64,000 bases of DNA from Nitrospirota bacterium. GTDB lineage: Bacteria; Nitrospirota; UBA9217. Location of the stretch: the NCBI GenBank assembly GCA_963818475.1, contig CAWFSF010000006.1, positions 1,408,001 to 1,472,000 of the forward strand, given 5' to 3'. Positions 1 to 9,169 of this stretch are shown here, one piece after another (the first letter of the stretch is position 1; each line of letters opens with the position of its first letter). Both the position numbers and the translations under genes were made by a program. Below the pieces are notes generated by a model, which made no database searches, was not told the origin of the DNA, and worked only from the letters and a program-made list of their open reading frames with translations.

Positions 1-1579
1 CGGCGATAACGGCTGCCATCGAGGCTGAAAGTGCATCATGGATCCCCCCGGCATAAAGGATGTGGTACTCATCCAGCCGGTCGGAGCCCTTCAAAGACTC
101 GATCAGTTTTTCCGTCATCATGTCCCAGAGAACGAAGCTGGACCGTGGACCGATATGCCCGCCGCACTCATTTCCCTCGAAAATAAATCGTTTCGCTCCG
201 GCCTGAAGGAACATATCAAGGATGTCCGGTGAGGGCACGTGGACATACGTGGCTATTCCCTTTGACTCCAAGAGAGAAGCCTGATTGGGCAGACCTCCGG
301 CAATGATCGCGAAGGGTGGTGAAAAATAACTGAGTGCTTCCACTTGTTCCCGGAGAAGTTCTTCTTTATTAAAACCGAGAATTCCAACGCCCCACGAACG
401 ATCACCCAGCGTTTCCCTTACTTCCCGCAGGAGCGTTTTGATCTCCTCTCCCTTGAGCATCGCTAACGCCACAAAGGGCAGGCCGCCTCCCTCTGCCACC
501 CGAGACGCAAATGCCGGGCTGTCAGTAATGCGGGCCATGGGTCCCTGGGCAACGGGGTAGAGCGTTCCGTGTGACCTCGCCAGCGGGGAATCCTTGTGAA
601 GGGTTACCGCTGTCTTTGCTATTTTAGTATGTTCATGAACAGCTCTTCTGATCGCCCGGAGAATCGAGCCGACGGTGCCATATCGTTCAGCGAACGGCGC
701 TGCAAAGGCTACGTCCTGCCCCAGAAGCCAGAAGGGGTTCCTGGTATCAGTCCAGGACAGTTGTTTCGTGATGATTTCCCGCCACGCAGCCTGCATTTTG
801 TGATTTTCGTCATGATTGCTCTCTGAAGATATTTCTCTTTTACGAAGATCTTCTAAACAGGGAGAACCGGGACGCATATAGAGCCTGCACGGGGCCTTCG
901 TGTTTTCTCCAATCAATTGAGGCTCGCTGCCATTCATTCTGCCTATATACTTCTTTACGTCTTCTGGCAACGGAGACTCACGAGTTAAAAGCAGCTGTGA
1001 ATCTAAAACAACACCAGCCGCCCCTGCGGCGTAACAGGCCGCAGCGGTGTGCAATCCGATGCCTCCTTGGGCAAATACAGGCACGTTTGCCTTTGAGAGT
1101 ATCTGTTGGAGTAGAATGAATGCGGTTTTCTCCCCAACCATTCCCGCTGCCTCATTTCCTTTGGCCAGCAATCCATCAACTCCCGACACTTGCCCGAACA
1201 TCGCTTGAGCGAGAGAGGTAACTTCCAGAATTACGTTCTTATTCCGGCGATGGATTTCATTTATGATTTTTTTTATATTTTCTGGGTCACCCCCGGTGAG
1301 AATCACGACCTCAATGCATTCCGGGAGTTCCGACATGAGGGCAGTGATGAAAGCATCATCACCACAACTCACTTTGATACCATAGCGTCCACGGGCATTA
1401 CGTCCAATTTTTTCAATGCTCTGCCTGGCCACCTGGACATCGCCGGTATACTCTAAATCGAGAATGCCCAATTCACCAGCCCTTGCAGCAGCAACAGCAA
1501 TGGCTGGTTCAGGCAACCCTCCTGGAGTGAGTGCGAAACACTGGAACCGAGGGCTTTGTCTTTGTACTGCAGAATCCAC
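1..1579 (-). CDS. 5' part of an iterative type I PKS/FAS with N-terminal tandem FabK/nitronate-monooxygenase-like enoyl-reductase domains (ArsA-like); runs off the left edge; apparent frameshifts near 1290 and 50
   Basis: Hand translation from GTG at 1579 after GGAGG: AKGNEAAG, QGGIGLHTAAACYAAGAAGVVLDSQLLL, QGPMARITD, FIFEGNECGGHIGPRSSFVLW, AGGIHDALSASM. Not in the ORF track. KS/AT domains are not visible in the window. Confidence 0.75.
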   Translation of the reverse strand, partial: MDSAVQRQSPRFQCFALTPGGLPEPAIAVAAARAGELGILDLEYTGDVQVARQSIEKIGRNARGRYGIKVSCGDDAFITALMSELPECIEVVILTGGDPENIKKIINEIHRRNKNVILEVTSLAQAMFGQVSGVDGLLAKGNEAAGMVGEKTAFILLQQILSKANVPVFAQGGIGLHTAAACYAAGAAGVVLDSQLLLTRESPLPEDVKKYIGRMNGSEPQLIGENTKAPCRLYMRPGSPCLEDLRKREISSESNHDENHKMQAAWREIITKQLSWTDTRNPFWLLGQDVAFAAPFAERYGTVGSILRAIRRAVHEHTKIAKTAVTLHKDSPLARSHGTLYPVAQGPMARITDSPAFASRVAEGGGLPFVALAMLKGEEIKTLLREVRETLGDRSWGVGILGFNKEELLREQVEALSYFSPPFAIIAGGLPNQASLLESKGIATYVHVPSPDILDMFLQAGAKRFIFEGNECGGHIGPRSSFVLWDMMTEKLIESLKGSDRLDEYHILYAGGIHDALSASMAAVIA

Positions 1580-2016
1580 TTATTTCCTCCTAGCGCATGG
1601 CGTTTGGCCTTGCTCCAATTAGCTTTGCCTATAGCATGTTTTTATAGTTAAGCTATAACAGCATCAGAATGCCCGGCAGAAGAATAGACGATACCGGAAA
1701 TGAACACAAAGAGAACCTCTTCATTCCAAAATTCCTTAGCAATGCTTCGCCCTCTCGGTTACAAGAACCGCTAAGTGAGTTGATTTATTAAGATTTTTTA
1801 TTGCGGTGCTGCGCGAATTGTGATGCGAAGGCAAGCCTCAGGTCAGAAAATCGAAAGCCTGCAGAAAAAGATCTTTGACATGAGTATACCTCTGTTTTTT
1901 TTACTGCTTGCAAACCCGGTATGCATACAGAGATGTAAATATTTTCGAATACCCTGTTGCCCATCGGTCAGCTTCTTTGGCCCCTCCTTATGCTTGCATA
2001 CATGTGTACATTAGAT

Positions 2017-2032
2017 AGCAAGTTCAATGCCG
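2017..2032 (-). promoter_or_regulatory. sigma54 (-24/-12) promoter facing the PKS gene
   Basis: Minus strand CGGCATTGAACTTGCT = GG-N10-GC with TTGC. Confidence 0.65.
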
Positions 2033-2050
2033 CGAATGCGAAACTCGTGA

Positions 2051-2063
2051 TATCAGCCAGTTG
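2051..2063 (+). promoter_or_regulatory. IHF site between sigma54 promoter and enhancer boxes
   Basis: TATCAGCCAGTTG matches WATCARNNNNTTR. Confidence 0.5.
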
Positions 2064-2094
2064 ACTGTAATCGCTGCCGCGTCGTATTCACGAA

Positions 2095-2227
2095 TGTTTC
2101 CATCGGAAACAGATAATTTTTTTAACCGTATTTTTTCATTAAGAACTGTGTCTCTCGGGTAAACAATTCTATTAAATACCTTATAAATTAAAAGATGTGG
2201 TACGGCTCTCTGTATTCTTTGGACACA
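2095..2227. promoter_or_regulatory. Three TGT-N11-ACA enhancer-like boxes (2095-2111, 2149-2165, 2211-2227)
   Basis: TGTTTCCATCGGAAACA (palindromic), TGTCTCTCGGGTAAACA, TGTATTCTTTGGACACA; all upstream of the sigma54 site. Confidence 0.55.
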
Positions 2228-2524
2228 CTTTAATATTCAGGCATTCATGAGGCACTCTTGTACGTTGTATGCCGGTCCTCTAATTCAGGTACGATGGATT
2301 CTCTTTTTGTCTGACACGGACAAGCAACATCGTCCGGCTGCATCAAAAAAAATGTATATCCCGCGGCAACAGCTGCATTGATAACCAGCGGTTTTGTCAA
2401 ATAATCCGGTCAGGTCCCGGGCAAAAGCGGCAAACACTTTGATTTCATCGATTAAAACGGGACACCAAGCGATCAACCAAGGATTGTGATCTTCTGCCCT
2501 TCCCTGCTGGCAGTATTGGGGTCA

Positions 2525-2553
2525 GGGGTATTCGATTCACATCAGCTCCACCA
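2525..2553 (+). other. Degenerate tRNA-Ala/tmRNA 3'-end fragment (relic att site)
   Basis: GGGGTATTCGATTCACATCAGCTCCACCA: T-loop-like TTCGATT plus AGCTCCACCA end; no 5' half; hairpin follows. Confidence 0.4.
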
Positions 2554-2560
2554 GAAAAAT

Positions 2561-2590
2561 AAAAAGGTTGGCTATTTAGCCAACCTTTTT
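2561..2590. terminator. Bidirectional intrinsic terminator-like hairpin
   Basis: AAAAAGGTTGGCT-ATTT-AGCCAACCTTTTT. Confidence 0.7.
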
Positions 2591-2712
2591 GTATTCTTAT
2601 GAGGAATCGAACGAAGTGTTGGGGAAGAGGCTTCCCCATGCTTCGGGGTTTAAACCGCCATAAGGGAGCTGGCACCCTGTGGAAGCGAGACATGAGATTC
2701 TCCCTTATCACC

Positions 2713-2745
2713 AAAAAAAAGGGTTGACCATAAGGTCAGCCCTTT
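2713..2745 (-). terminator. Intrinsic terminator downstream of rtcB
   Basis: A8-GGGTTGACC-ATAA-GGTCAGCCC-TTT. Confidence 0.65.
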
Positions 2746-2917
2746 CTGATTCCTGGATCATAATTTCGAATTGACGGACAGAAGCTTGCACTATTTCATC
2801 TGCAAGGCCTCAGAAATGAGAAGGGCAGCGGTTATCGGCATGATCTGTATCTGAGGCGTTGTTCTGCAGGCGTGATTGTTGATACCATAGTATTTCACAG
2901 GGAACTTGTGCGTCAAA

Positions 2918-4349
2918 TTACCCTTTTACGCAAGCGATCGGTACGACCCGGGCCACCTTGCGCGCCAATCCGGCATGGTGCGCGGCTTCAACGACCTCGG
3001 TCACATTCTTATACGCTTCCGGGGCCTCTTCAGCGATGCCCGAGTAAGAATGGCCGCGCACGATCACGCCCTGCTCTGCAAGCGTCTTGACAACTTCCCT
3101 GCCATGCCACAGTTTCGAGGCCTGTGTGCGTGACATCGCCCTGCCCGGCTCCGTGACAGGCGGAACCGAAGGCCGTCTTCATCCCCTCATCGGTCCCGAC
3201 CAGGATGTATGACGAGGTCCCCATGGTGCCCCCGATCAGCACGGGCTGCCCCATGTCACGGTATTCCACGGGGAGGTCGCTTCTCCCGGAGCCGAAAGCC
3301 CTGGTCGCTCCTTTGCGGTGCACGTAGAGCCTTTTCATTTTTCCATTGACCTCATGTTTTTCGACCTTGCAGGTATTATGGCTCACATCATAGAGCATTT
3401 TCACCAGTGCTTCCGGAAAGATCTCGTCCACCACCCCGCGAACGAGGTGCGCGATGATCTGACGATTCGCCAGCGCACAGTTGATCCCGGCGCACATGGC
3501 GCTGAAATACTGTTTGCCCTGCGGAGAGTTGATCGGAGCGCTCACGAGCTCGCGGTCCCTGATCATAAGGCCGTAGTGCTGAGCTGCGGCTGCAAGGTGC
3601 TTCAGATAGTCCGTCCCGATCTGGTGCCCGAGGCCGCGCGATCCGCAATGGATCGAGATGACCACATCATCCTTCCGGAGGCCCATGATGCGCGCGGCCT
3701 GTTCTTCATAGATATCCCGCACCACCTGCACCTCGAGGTAATGGTTCCCTGAACCAAGGGTGCCCATTTCACGGAATTGGCGCTTTTTGGCAGTCTCGGA
3801 AACCTGCGACGGATCTGCAGCAGGGATCGTCCCCTGCTCCTCGATGAACGCAAGGTCTTCTTTTGTTCCGAAACCCTTGCCAACAGCCCACCGCGCTCCG
3901 CCTGCAAGCATCTCATCGATCTGTCCGGAAGAAAGGTGGATCAGCCCCTCGGAACCCACCCCGGCAGGAACACTGTGAAAAAGACTGTCCACGAGCAGCT
4001 GCAGCCTTGGCCGGACCTGTTCGAGGGTAAGGCCGGTCTTCAATGTGCGCACTCCGCAGGAAATATCGAAGCCCACGCCACCGACGGAGATAACGCCGTC
4101 CTCATCAGGATCAAAGGCCGCAACACCCCCGATCGGGAAGCCATACCCCCAGTGCGCATCGGGCATGGCGATGGAGGCGATCTGGATCCCCGGCAGCGCA
4201 GCCACGTTCATCACCTGCTCACGAACTTTCTCGTCCATGGCCCGGACCAGCTGTTCGCTGGCAAAGATCCTGCCGGGAACGCGCATGGGGCTTTTTTGGG
4301 GGATCTCCCACAGATAATCGTGTATCTTATTCAGCGTAGTAATATCCAT
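2918..4349 (-). CDS. rtcB: RNA ligase RtcB (one frameshift near 3140)
   Basis: MPDAHWGYGFPIGG, GFDISCG, GTLGSGNHY, HCGSRG, SHN, HRKGAT, SACHGAG; C-terminus EEAPEAYK...ACVKG in ORF 2918..3136. Confidence 0.95.
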
Positions 4350-4407
4350 AAGGTTCTGAACCAACGAGCTACAAGGACCTGAAGTTTTTGCGTTGAGTAG
4401 TAGTTCG

Positions 4408-4434
4408 CCTGACTCCTGACTCCTGACTCCTGAC
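4408..4434. repeat. 7-bp tandem repeat (CCTGACT)x~4 between archease and rtcB
   Basis: cctgact cctgact cctgact cctgac. Confidence 0.8.
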
Positions 4435-4436
4435 CT

Positions 4437-4853
4437 TCACACATCAACGACGCACTGGGCTACGAACCTGCCTTGTTCTTTTTTTACACGCAGCATATGA
4501 TAGGTGGCGGCTTTTATCTCAACATGAGGCTGATGCCGGACCTGATCGAGATGTTCGCCCCAAGCCCGTCCGGTAAGCGTCATGCCGCTGATATCCACCT
4601 CGAACCTCGAGAATACCATGCGCTCAATATCGGAAAGCGACAGGAGCGCGTTCAGCCATTCGACAAACAGCAGTTCGTGGTCCGACGCCGTAACCGCGAA
4701 GACCCTCATGTCAATCGGCGCTATGGTCGCTACATTCACCATCACCGAGTAAAGCGCGATCGCGGCATTTTCAAAGGCTTCTTCGATGGTCTGTCCGAAG
4801 CCTCTGATCCCGATGTCCGCTTCATGTTCAAAGGTCTCGTAGTGAACCGTCAC
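4437..4853 (-). CDS. Archease (RtcB cofactor)
   Basis: FEHEADIG ... EIKAATYH ... VVDV; adjacent to rtcB. Confidence 0.95.
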   Translation of the reverse strand: MTVHYETFEHEADIGIRGFGQTIEEAFENAAIALYSVMVNVATIAPIDMRVFAVTASDHELLFVEWLNALLSLSDIERMVFSRFEVDISGMTLTGRAWGEHLDQVRHQPHVEIKAATYHMLRVKKEQGRFVAQCVVDV

Positions 4854-4921
4854 TATTCCTCTCGATATTCATTACAACGCAGTGCGGAGCAGCCGCGATT
4901 AAGCCTTCTTCCCGGCCGCGT

Positions 4922-5962
4922 CTACGTCCAGATCCCGTCGATGACCGACCCGCAATGACCGCACGCGCCTTTGGCTATGGTATTTTCGATCACGCGGAAC
5001 CCGCTCCTTTTGATAAGCGTTTTGCCGCAGCTCCAGCAGAGCGTGTCCTCGCCCTCCCCCGGGATGTTCCCCTCATAGACATACCGGAGCCCGGCGTCGA
5101 TGCCGATCTGACGGGCCCGTTTGAGCGTTGCGGAAGGCGTGATCCCGGCATCGGTCAACTTATAGGTCGGATGGAACCGGGATACATGCCAGGGGATCTC
5201 TTCTCCGACGGAGCGGATGAATCCCGCTATCTGCCTGAGCTCGGCATCCGAATCGTTATGTCCGGGAATGATAAGCGTGGTGATCTCGATCCAGATGCCG
5301 GCCTGTTTATAGTTTTGAATGGCATCGAGCACAGGTGCGAGGCGGGCGCCGCAGATATTCCGGTAGAAGTCATCGGAGAATGACTTCAGGTCGATGTTGG
5401 CGGCATCGAGGACGGGCCTGATCATGCTGAGCGCTTCGGGGGTTATATAGCCGTTCGTCACGAACACGTTGCCGATGCCGGCATCTTTTGCGCATTTGGC
5501 CGTGTCATAGGCAAGTTCGAAAAAAATCGTCGGCTCGGTGTAGGTATAGGATATGCTGGCGCAGCGGGCCTGCTGCGCGGCAAGAACGATCGCAGCGGGC
5601 GCTACGGCCTTTCCGAGGATCCGCCCGCGCAGCTCCCGGGGAAGCTGAGAGATGTCCGAGTTCTGGCAGTGCTTGCATCTGAAGTTGCATCCCGGGGTGG
5701 CAATGGAATAGGAGTTACTTCCGGGCTGGAAATGAAAGAGCGGTTTTTTCTCAATGGGATCGACGTTCTGGGCGATGACCTTGTCGTACACGAGGCTGTA
5801 GAGGACGCCGTCCTCATTCTCCCGTACTGCACACAATCCCAGCTTGCCGTCACGGATACGGCAACGGTGTGAGCACAGGCCGCAACTCACTTCCTTTCCC
5901 TCCCGCGGCTCCTGGAACAACGCCCGTCTCATATCGGCTTTCATTGTGTTTGGCCTGTCCAT
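4922..5962 (-). CDS. amrS: AmmeMemoRadiSam system radical SAM enzyme
   Basis: CGLCSHRC...CAVR, VDPIEKKPLFHF, GCNFRCKHCQNSDISQ, YTYTEP, C-terminal CxxC pairs. Confidence 0.9.
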   Translation of the reverse strand: MDRPNTMKADMRRALFQEPREGKEVSCGLCSHRCRIRDGKLGLCAVRENEDGVLYSLVYDKVIAQNVDPIEKKPLFHFQPGSNSYSIATPGCNFRCKHCQNSDISQLPRELRGRILGKAVAPAAIVLAAQQARCASISYTYTEPTIFFELAYDTAKCAKDAGIGNVFVTNGYITPEALSMIRPVLDAANIDLKSFSDDFYRNICGARLAPVLDAIQNYKQAGIWIEITTLIIPGHNDSDAELRQIAGFIRSVGEEIPWHVSRFHPTYKLTDAGITPSATLKRARQIGIDAGLRYVYEGNIPGEGEDTLCWSCGKTLIKRSGFRVIENTIAKGACGHCGSVIDGIWT

Positions 5963-5974
5963 GTCGGACCTTGA

Positions 5975-6748
5975 TCAGCTTGAGGAAATCCGACTCGACC
6001 GCTCTTCCCGTATCTTGTGGTTCAGAGATTCAGCCTGTATCCTGCTCTTGCAGCTCATGCAGATGATATCGTCCGAAGGATTGCTGCATACGAGGCAACG
6101 CCGGTCCTTGCCGGGCTGCAGACCCTCGGCCTGGAAGATCATCTCGAGGAACTCGCTTTCGGTGACATGCCCGTCCATGTGCAGGTTCTCGCCGAAAATG
6201 GTCTTAGGCAGGGTTTTTATGGAATATTTTCTGATGAGTTCAGGGTAATCACTGGCGATGATGATATCCGTACTGACCAGGGTGCTTTCCAGTGCCAGGC
6301 CGATCGCGGTCTGTGCCACGGGTCGGCACAAAGGGCAGTCCGTTTCCACGAATACCTGTATGCGAACCGTTCTCGCCAGATGACGCAGCGTCGAACGGAT
6401 ATCTGCAGGAAACCAGGTGCGTCCTTCCGATGCAGCGTGAAGAGCATCGATAAGGATCGAGAAAAAAACATCCTCGACCAATCCGTAAAAGGTGACCGTA
6501 TGGCCGTCGTTATCCTGAACGACCATCGCCGGGACGCGCTTGATGCCGTAGAGTTCTGTTTTGTCACGGTCCATGACCTGGTCATAGATCTCGAGTGCGA
6601 CCAGTGGCGCGTTCTTTTTTATAGCCTGAGCCGCCCGCTTTGCCTCCGGACAGGTCTCACATCCCACATCATTTACGAACAGGATTAACCGGACCGGTTT
6701 TTTCAATGCCCCGATTGACTGGACCATCATCTGGATCGCAGCTTTCAT
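5975..6748 (-). CDS. Two-domain glutaredoxin-like protein-disulfide oxidoreductase with extra C-terminal 4-Cys motif
   Basis: CETC and CPLC motifs, cis-Pro-like RVP and TLP; tail CLVC-x8-CMSC. Confidence 0.75.
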   Translation of the reverse strand: MKAAIQMMVQSIGALKKPVRLILFVNDVGCETCPEAKRAAQAIKKNAPLVALEIYDQVMDRDKTELYGIKRVPAMVVQDNDGHTVTFYGLVEDVFFSILIDALHAASEGRTWFPADIRSTLRHLARTVRIQVFVETDCPLCRPVAQTAIGLALESTLVSTDIIIASDYPELIRKYSIKTLPKTIFGENLHMDGHVTESEFLEMIFQAEGLQPGKDRRCLVCSNPSDDIICMSCKSRIQAESLNHKIREERSSRISSS

Positions 6749-6951
6749 TCATCGTGACACCTCACCGTCATTCATTCCTTTATCCTATTATACCAGATTT
6801 TCATGGATAGCCTTTGCCGCAGTATGCGGAGCGGTCCAGAAAAACCGTGCTCAAGAAATCGCTTGAACCAGGTCCGCTGAATTGGTATAATGGTTGCAAC
6901 AAAAAAGAATAGTTTCACAGGTGCTAAATAGTAGGGGGGAGGAATCATTTT

Positions 6952-7269
6952 ATGAAAAAGGCACTGGTATTCGCTGTTTTGTACTGCCTCGTTTTACCGT
7001 ACACCGCTTCTGCCGAAAAGGTCGGAGGGGGGGACATAACCTTCACTCCCAAGAACGCTTCAATAGTCATCTTCAGCCATGAAAAGCATGTCAATGAAAA
7101 GGGGCTCAAGTGCACTGGTTGCCATTACCAGATCTTCCAGATGGCGCAGGGTTCATACAAAATGGACATGTCCCGCATCAATAAAGGTGACTTCTGCGGC
7201 AAATGCCACAATGGAGAAAAATCCTTTGACGTAAAGGACAAGAAGAACTGCATCAGGTGTCACCACTAG
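6952..7269 (+). CDS. Periplasmic c7-type triheme cytochrome (GSU1996-domain-like)
   Basis: Signal peptide, FSHEKH, CTGCH, CGKCHNG, CIRCH. Confidence 0.9.
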   Translation: MKKALVFAVLYCLVLPYTASAEKVGGGDITFTPKNASIVIFSHEKHVNEKGLKCTGCHYQIFQMAQGSYKMDMSRINKGDFCGKCHNGEKSFDVKDKKNCIRCHH

Positions 7270-7275
7270 GAGCCA

Positions 7276-7590
7276 ATGAAGACCATTCTCAGCGCAGTCC
7301 TCATGTTCTGTCTCGTCCCGCTTCCCGCCTTCGCGGTCATTGACGGCGGTGATGTGACCTTCAAGCCTTCCGGCACCAACCCTGTTGTGTTCAGCCACGA
7401 TTACCACATGAAAAGCAGGGGGATCAAGTGCGCGGCATGCCACTTCAAAACCTTTGCGGCGGCAGAAGGCGAGCATCAGATCAAGAAAGAAAAACTGAAC
7501 AAGAGGGATTTTTGCCAGCATTGCCATAATGGCATGAAGGGCTTTGACGTGACATCAGCTGGAAATTGCGCGCGCTGTCACAAAAAATAG
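7276..7590 (+). CDS. Periplasmic c7-type triheme cytochrome, tandem paralog
   Basis: Signal peptide, FSHDYH, CAACH, CQHCHNG, CARCH. Confidence 0.9.
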   Translation: MKTILSAVLMFCLVPLPAFAVIDGGDVTFKPSGTNPVVFSHDYHMKSRGIKCAACHFKTFAAAEGEHQIKKEKLNKRDFCQHCHNGMKGFDVTSAGNCARCHKK

Positions 7591-7630
7591 AGCGCGCCCT
7601 GCTTCTTATTCTTTGGACCTTCCAACGAAC

Positions 7631-7661
7631 GGTACCCCTGACTCAGGGGCACCGTTTTTTT
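7631..7661 (+). terminator. Intrinsic terminator after the c7 pair
   Basis: GGTACCCCTG-ACT-CAGGGGCACC followed by T-tract. Confidence 0.6.
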
Positions 7662-7738
7662 CTGCTCCGTGCCATGAACTTGCCGGACAATCCAAACAAC
7701 AGGTACACTTTTTTTGCGCCGCTGCGGGGAGCCGTAAT

Positions 7739-8308
7739 TCAGGCAAAGACGAGTGTGCCGAGACCAAGCAGCATGAACAGTATGCCGGCTGCAGGCGTCA
7801 CCAGCCGGGCGGGGATGAACTTATGAAGCCGGCCGGCAACAAGAATCCCGAGCAGGGACGCCAGGCTCAAGGCGACAAGGCTTCCGAGGAACACCGCAAT
7901 GAAATTCTGATACTTTACCGACAGCAGCAGGGTCGCGATCTGGGTCTTATCACCCATCTCGGAGACGGCGATCAGACTGAAGGCGGTAATGAAGCCAGCC
8001 TTTGCCGATGGTTTGACCGCTGCGGTTTCGTTGTCCTCACCCTTGCGCAGCAGCATGTATATCCCAAACAGGATGAACACCCATGCGGATATTCGAGTGA
8101 TCAAATCCGGTGACAGCAGTTCACCCAATCCTTTTCCCAGGACCGCAGCGCTGCCGGAAAGCAGTGCAAATGCAAGGACCGCTCCGGTCAATACCGGACG
8201 CCCCCCGTAGCGCAGGGCAAGCGTGAAAACCATCAGTTGTGTCTTGTCTCCGAGTTCGGCAACAAAAATAAGCCCGAAAGAAACGAGGAATATCATTATG
8301 AGGGACAT
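7739..8308 (-). CDS. TMEM165/GDT1 (UPF0016) Mn2+/Ca2+ transporter
   Basis: Two ExGDKTQ motifs (ELGDKTQ, EMGDKTQ); hydrophobic. Confidence 0.92.
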   Translation of the reverse strand: MSLIMIFLVSFGLIFVAELGDKTQLMVFTLALRYGGRPVLTGAVLAFALLSGSAAVLGKGLGELLSPDLITRISAWVFILFGIYMLLRKGEDNETAAVKPSAKAGFITAFSLIAVSEMGDKTQIATLLLSVKYQNFIAVFLGSLVALSLASLLGILVAGRLHKFIPARLVTPAAGILFMLLGLGTLVFA

Positions 8309-8322
8309 AAATAAAGGCTCTC

Positions 8323-9037
8323 CTAGGGCTTTCCCAACAGGTCATGCTGCTTCCTGACAAGTGCCTTGATCCCTTTTTCACCAAGAGCAACCAGCCTGTT
8401 GAGTTCGGCCTTTGAGAACGGTTCACCTTCAGCCGTCCCCTGCACCTCAACGATCCTGCCTTTGCCGGTCATGACGATGTTCATATCAACCTCTGCAGCG
8501 GAGTCTTCCGTATAGCAGAGGTCGAGCATGGGTTTCCCGTCGACGATCCCGACGCTGATCGCCGCCAGATAGTCCGTCACGGGAATCGTCGTCGATCATC
8601 CCCTGCTTTCTGGCCCGTCTGAGGCCGTCGACGAGCGCAATATAGGCGCCCGTTATCGAGGCCGTACGAGTGCCGCCGTCGGCCTGGATCACATCACAGT
8701 CGATGAGCACGGTCCGTTCACCCAGGGCTTTCATATCCACGACCGATCGCAGGGACCGTCCGATGAGCCGCTGGATCTCATGGGTGCGGCCGCCGACCTT
8801 GCTCCGCTCGCGCGAGATCCGCTGCGCTGACGAACGGGGAAGCATGGCATATTCCGCCGTGACCCATCCGGTCCCCTTGCCTTTGAGGAACGGAGGGACC
8901 GAGTTCTCCACCGTCGCCGTGCACAGCACGCGCGTATCGCCAAACTCGATCAGGACCGAACCTTCGGCTGTTTTGAGATAATTTCTGGTGACCTTCAGCT
9001 TGCGGAGTTCATCCGCTTTTCTGCCATCTGCCCGCAT
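8323..9037 (-). CDS. rph: Ribonuclease PH (frameshift near 8590)
   Basis: [69 protein letters not shown]. Confidence 0.95.
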
Positions 9038-9169
9038 TGCATCCTCCTGTTCAGAAATCTCTTTCGCCCGACGCACACAGAACCCCTGCGTTCAAGCATA
9101 ACTTATTATCGGCAATCGCCTGGACAGGCGATGCCGTATGTCCTTGGCGCTCTTATGCGAAACCACCAA

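Noticed and set aside
1788-1964. Possible 58-aa minus-strand leader ORF ahead of the PKS
   Set aside because: AAGGAGG lies about 19 nt from the ATG and the peptide has no recognisable features.
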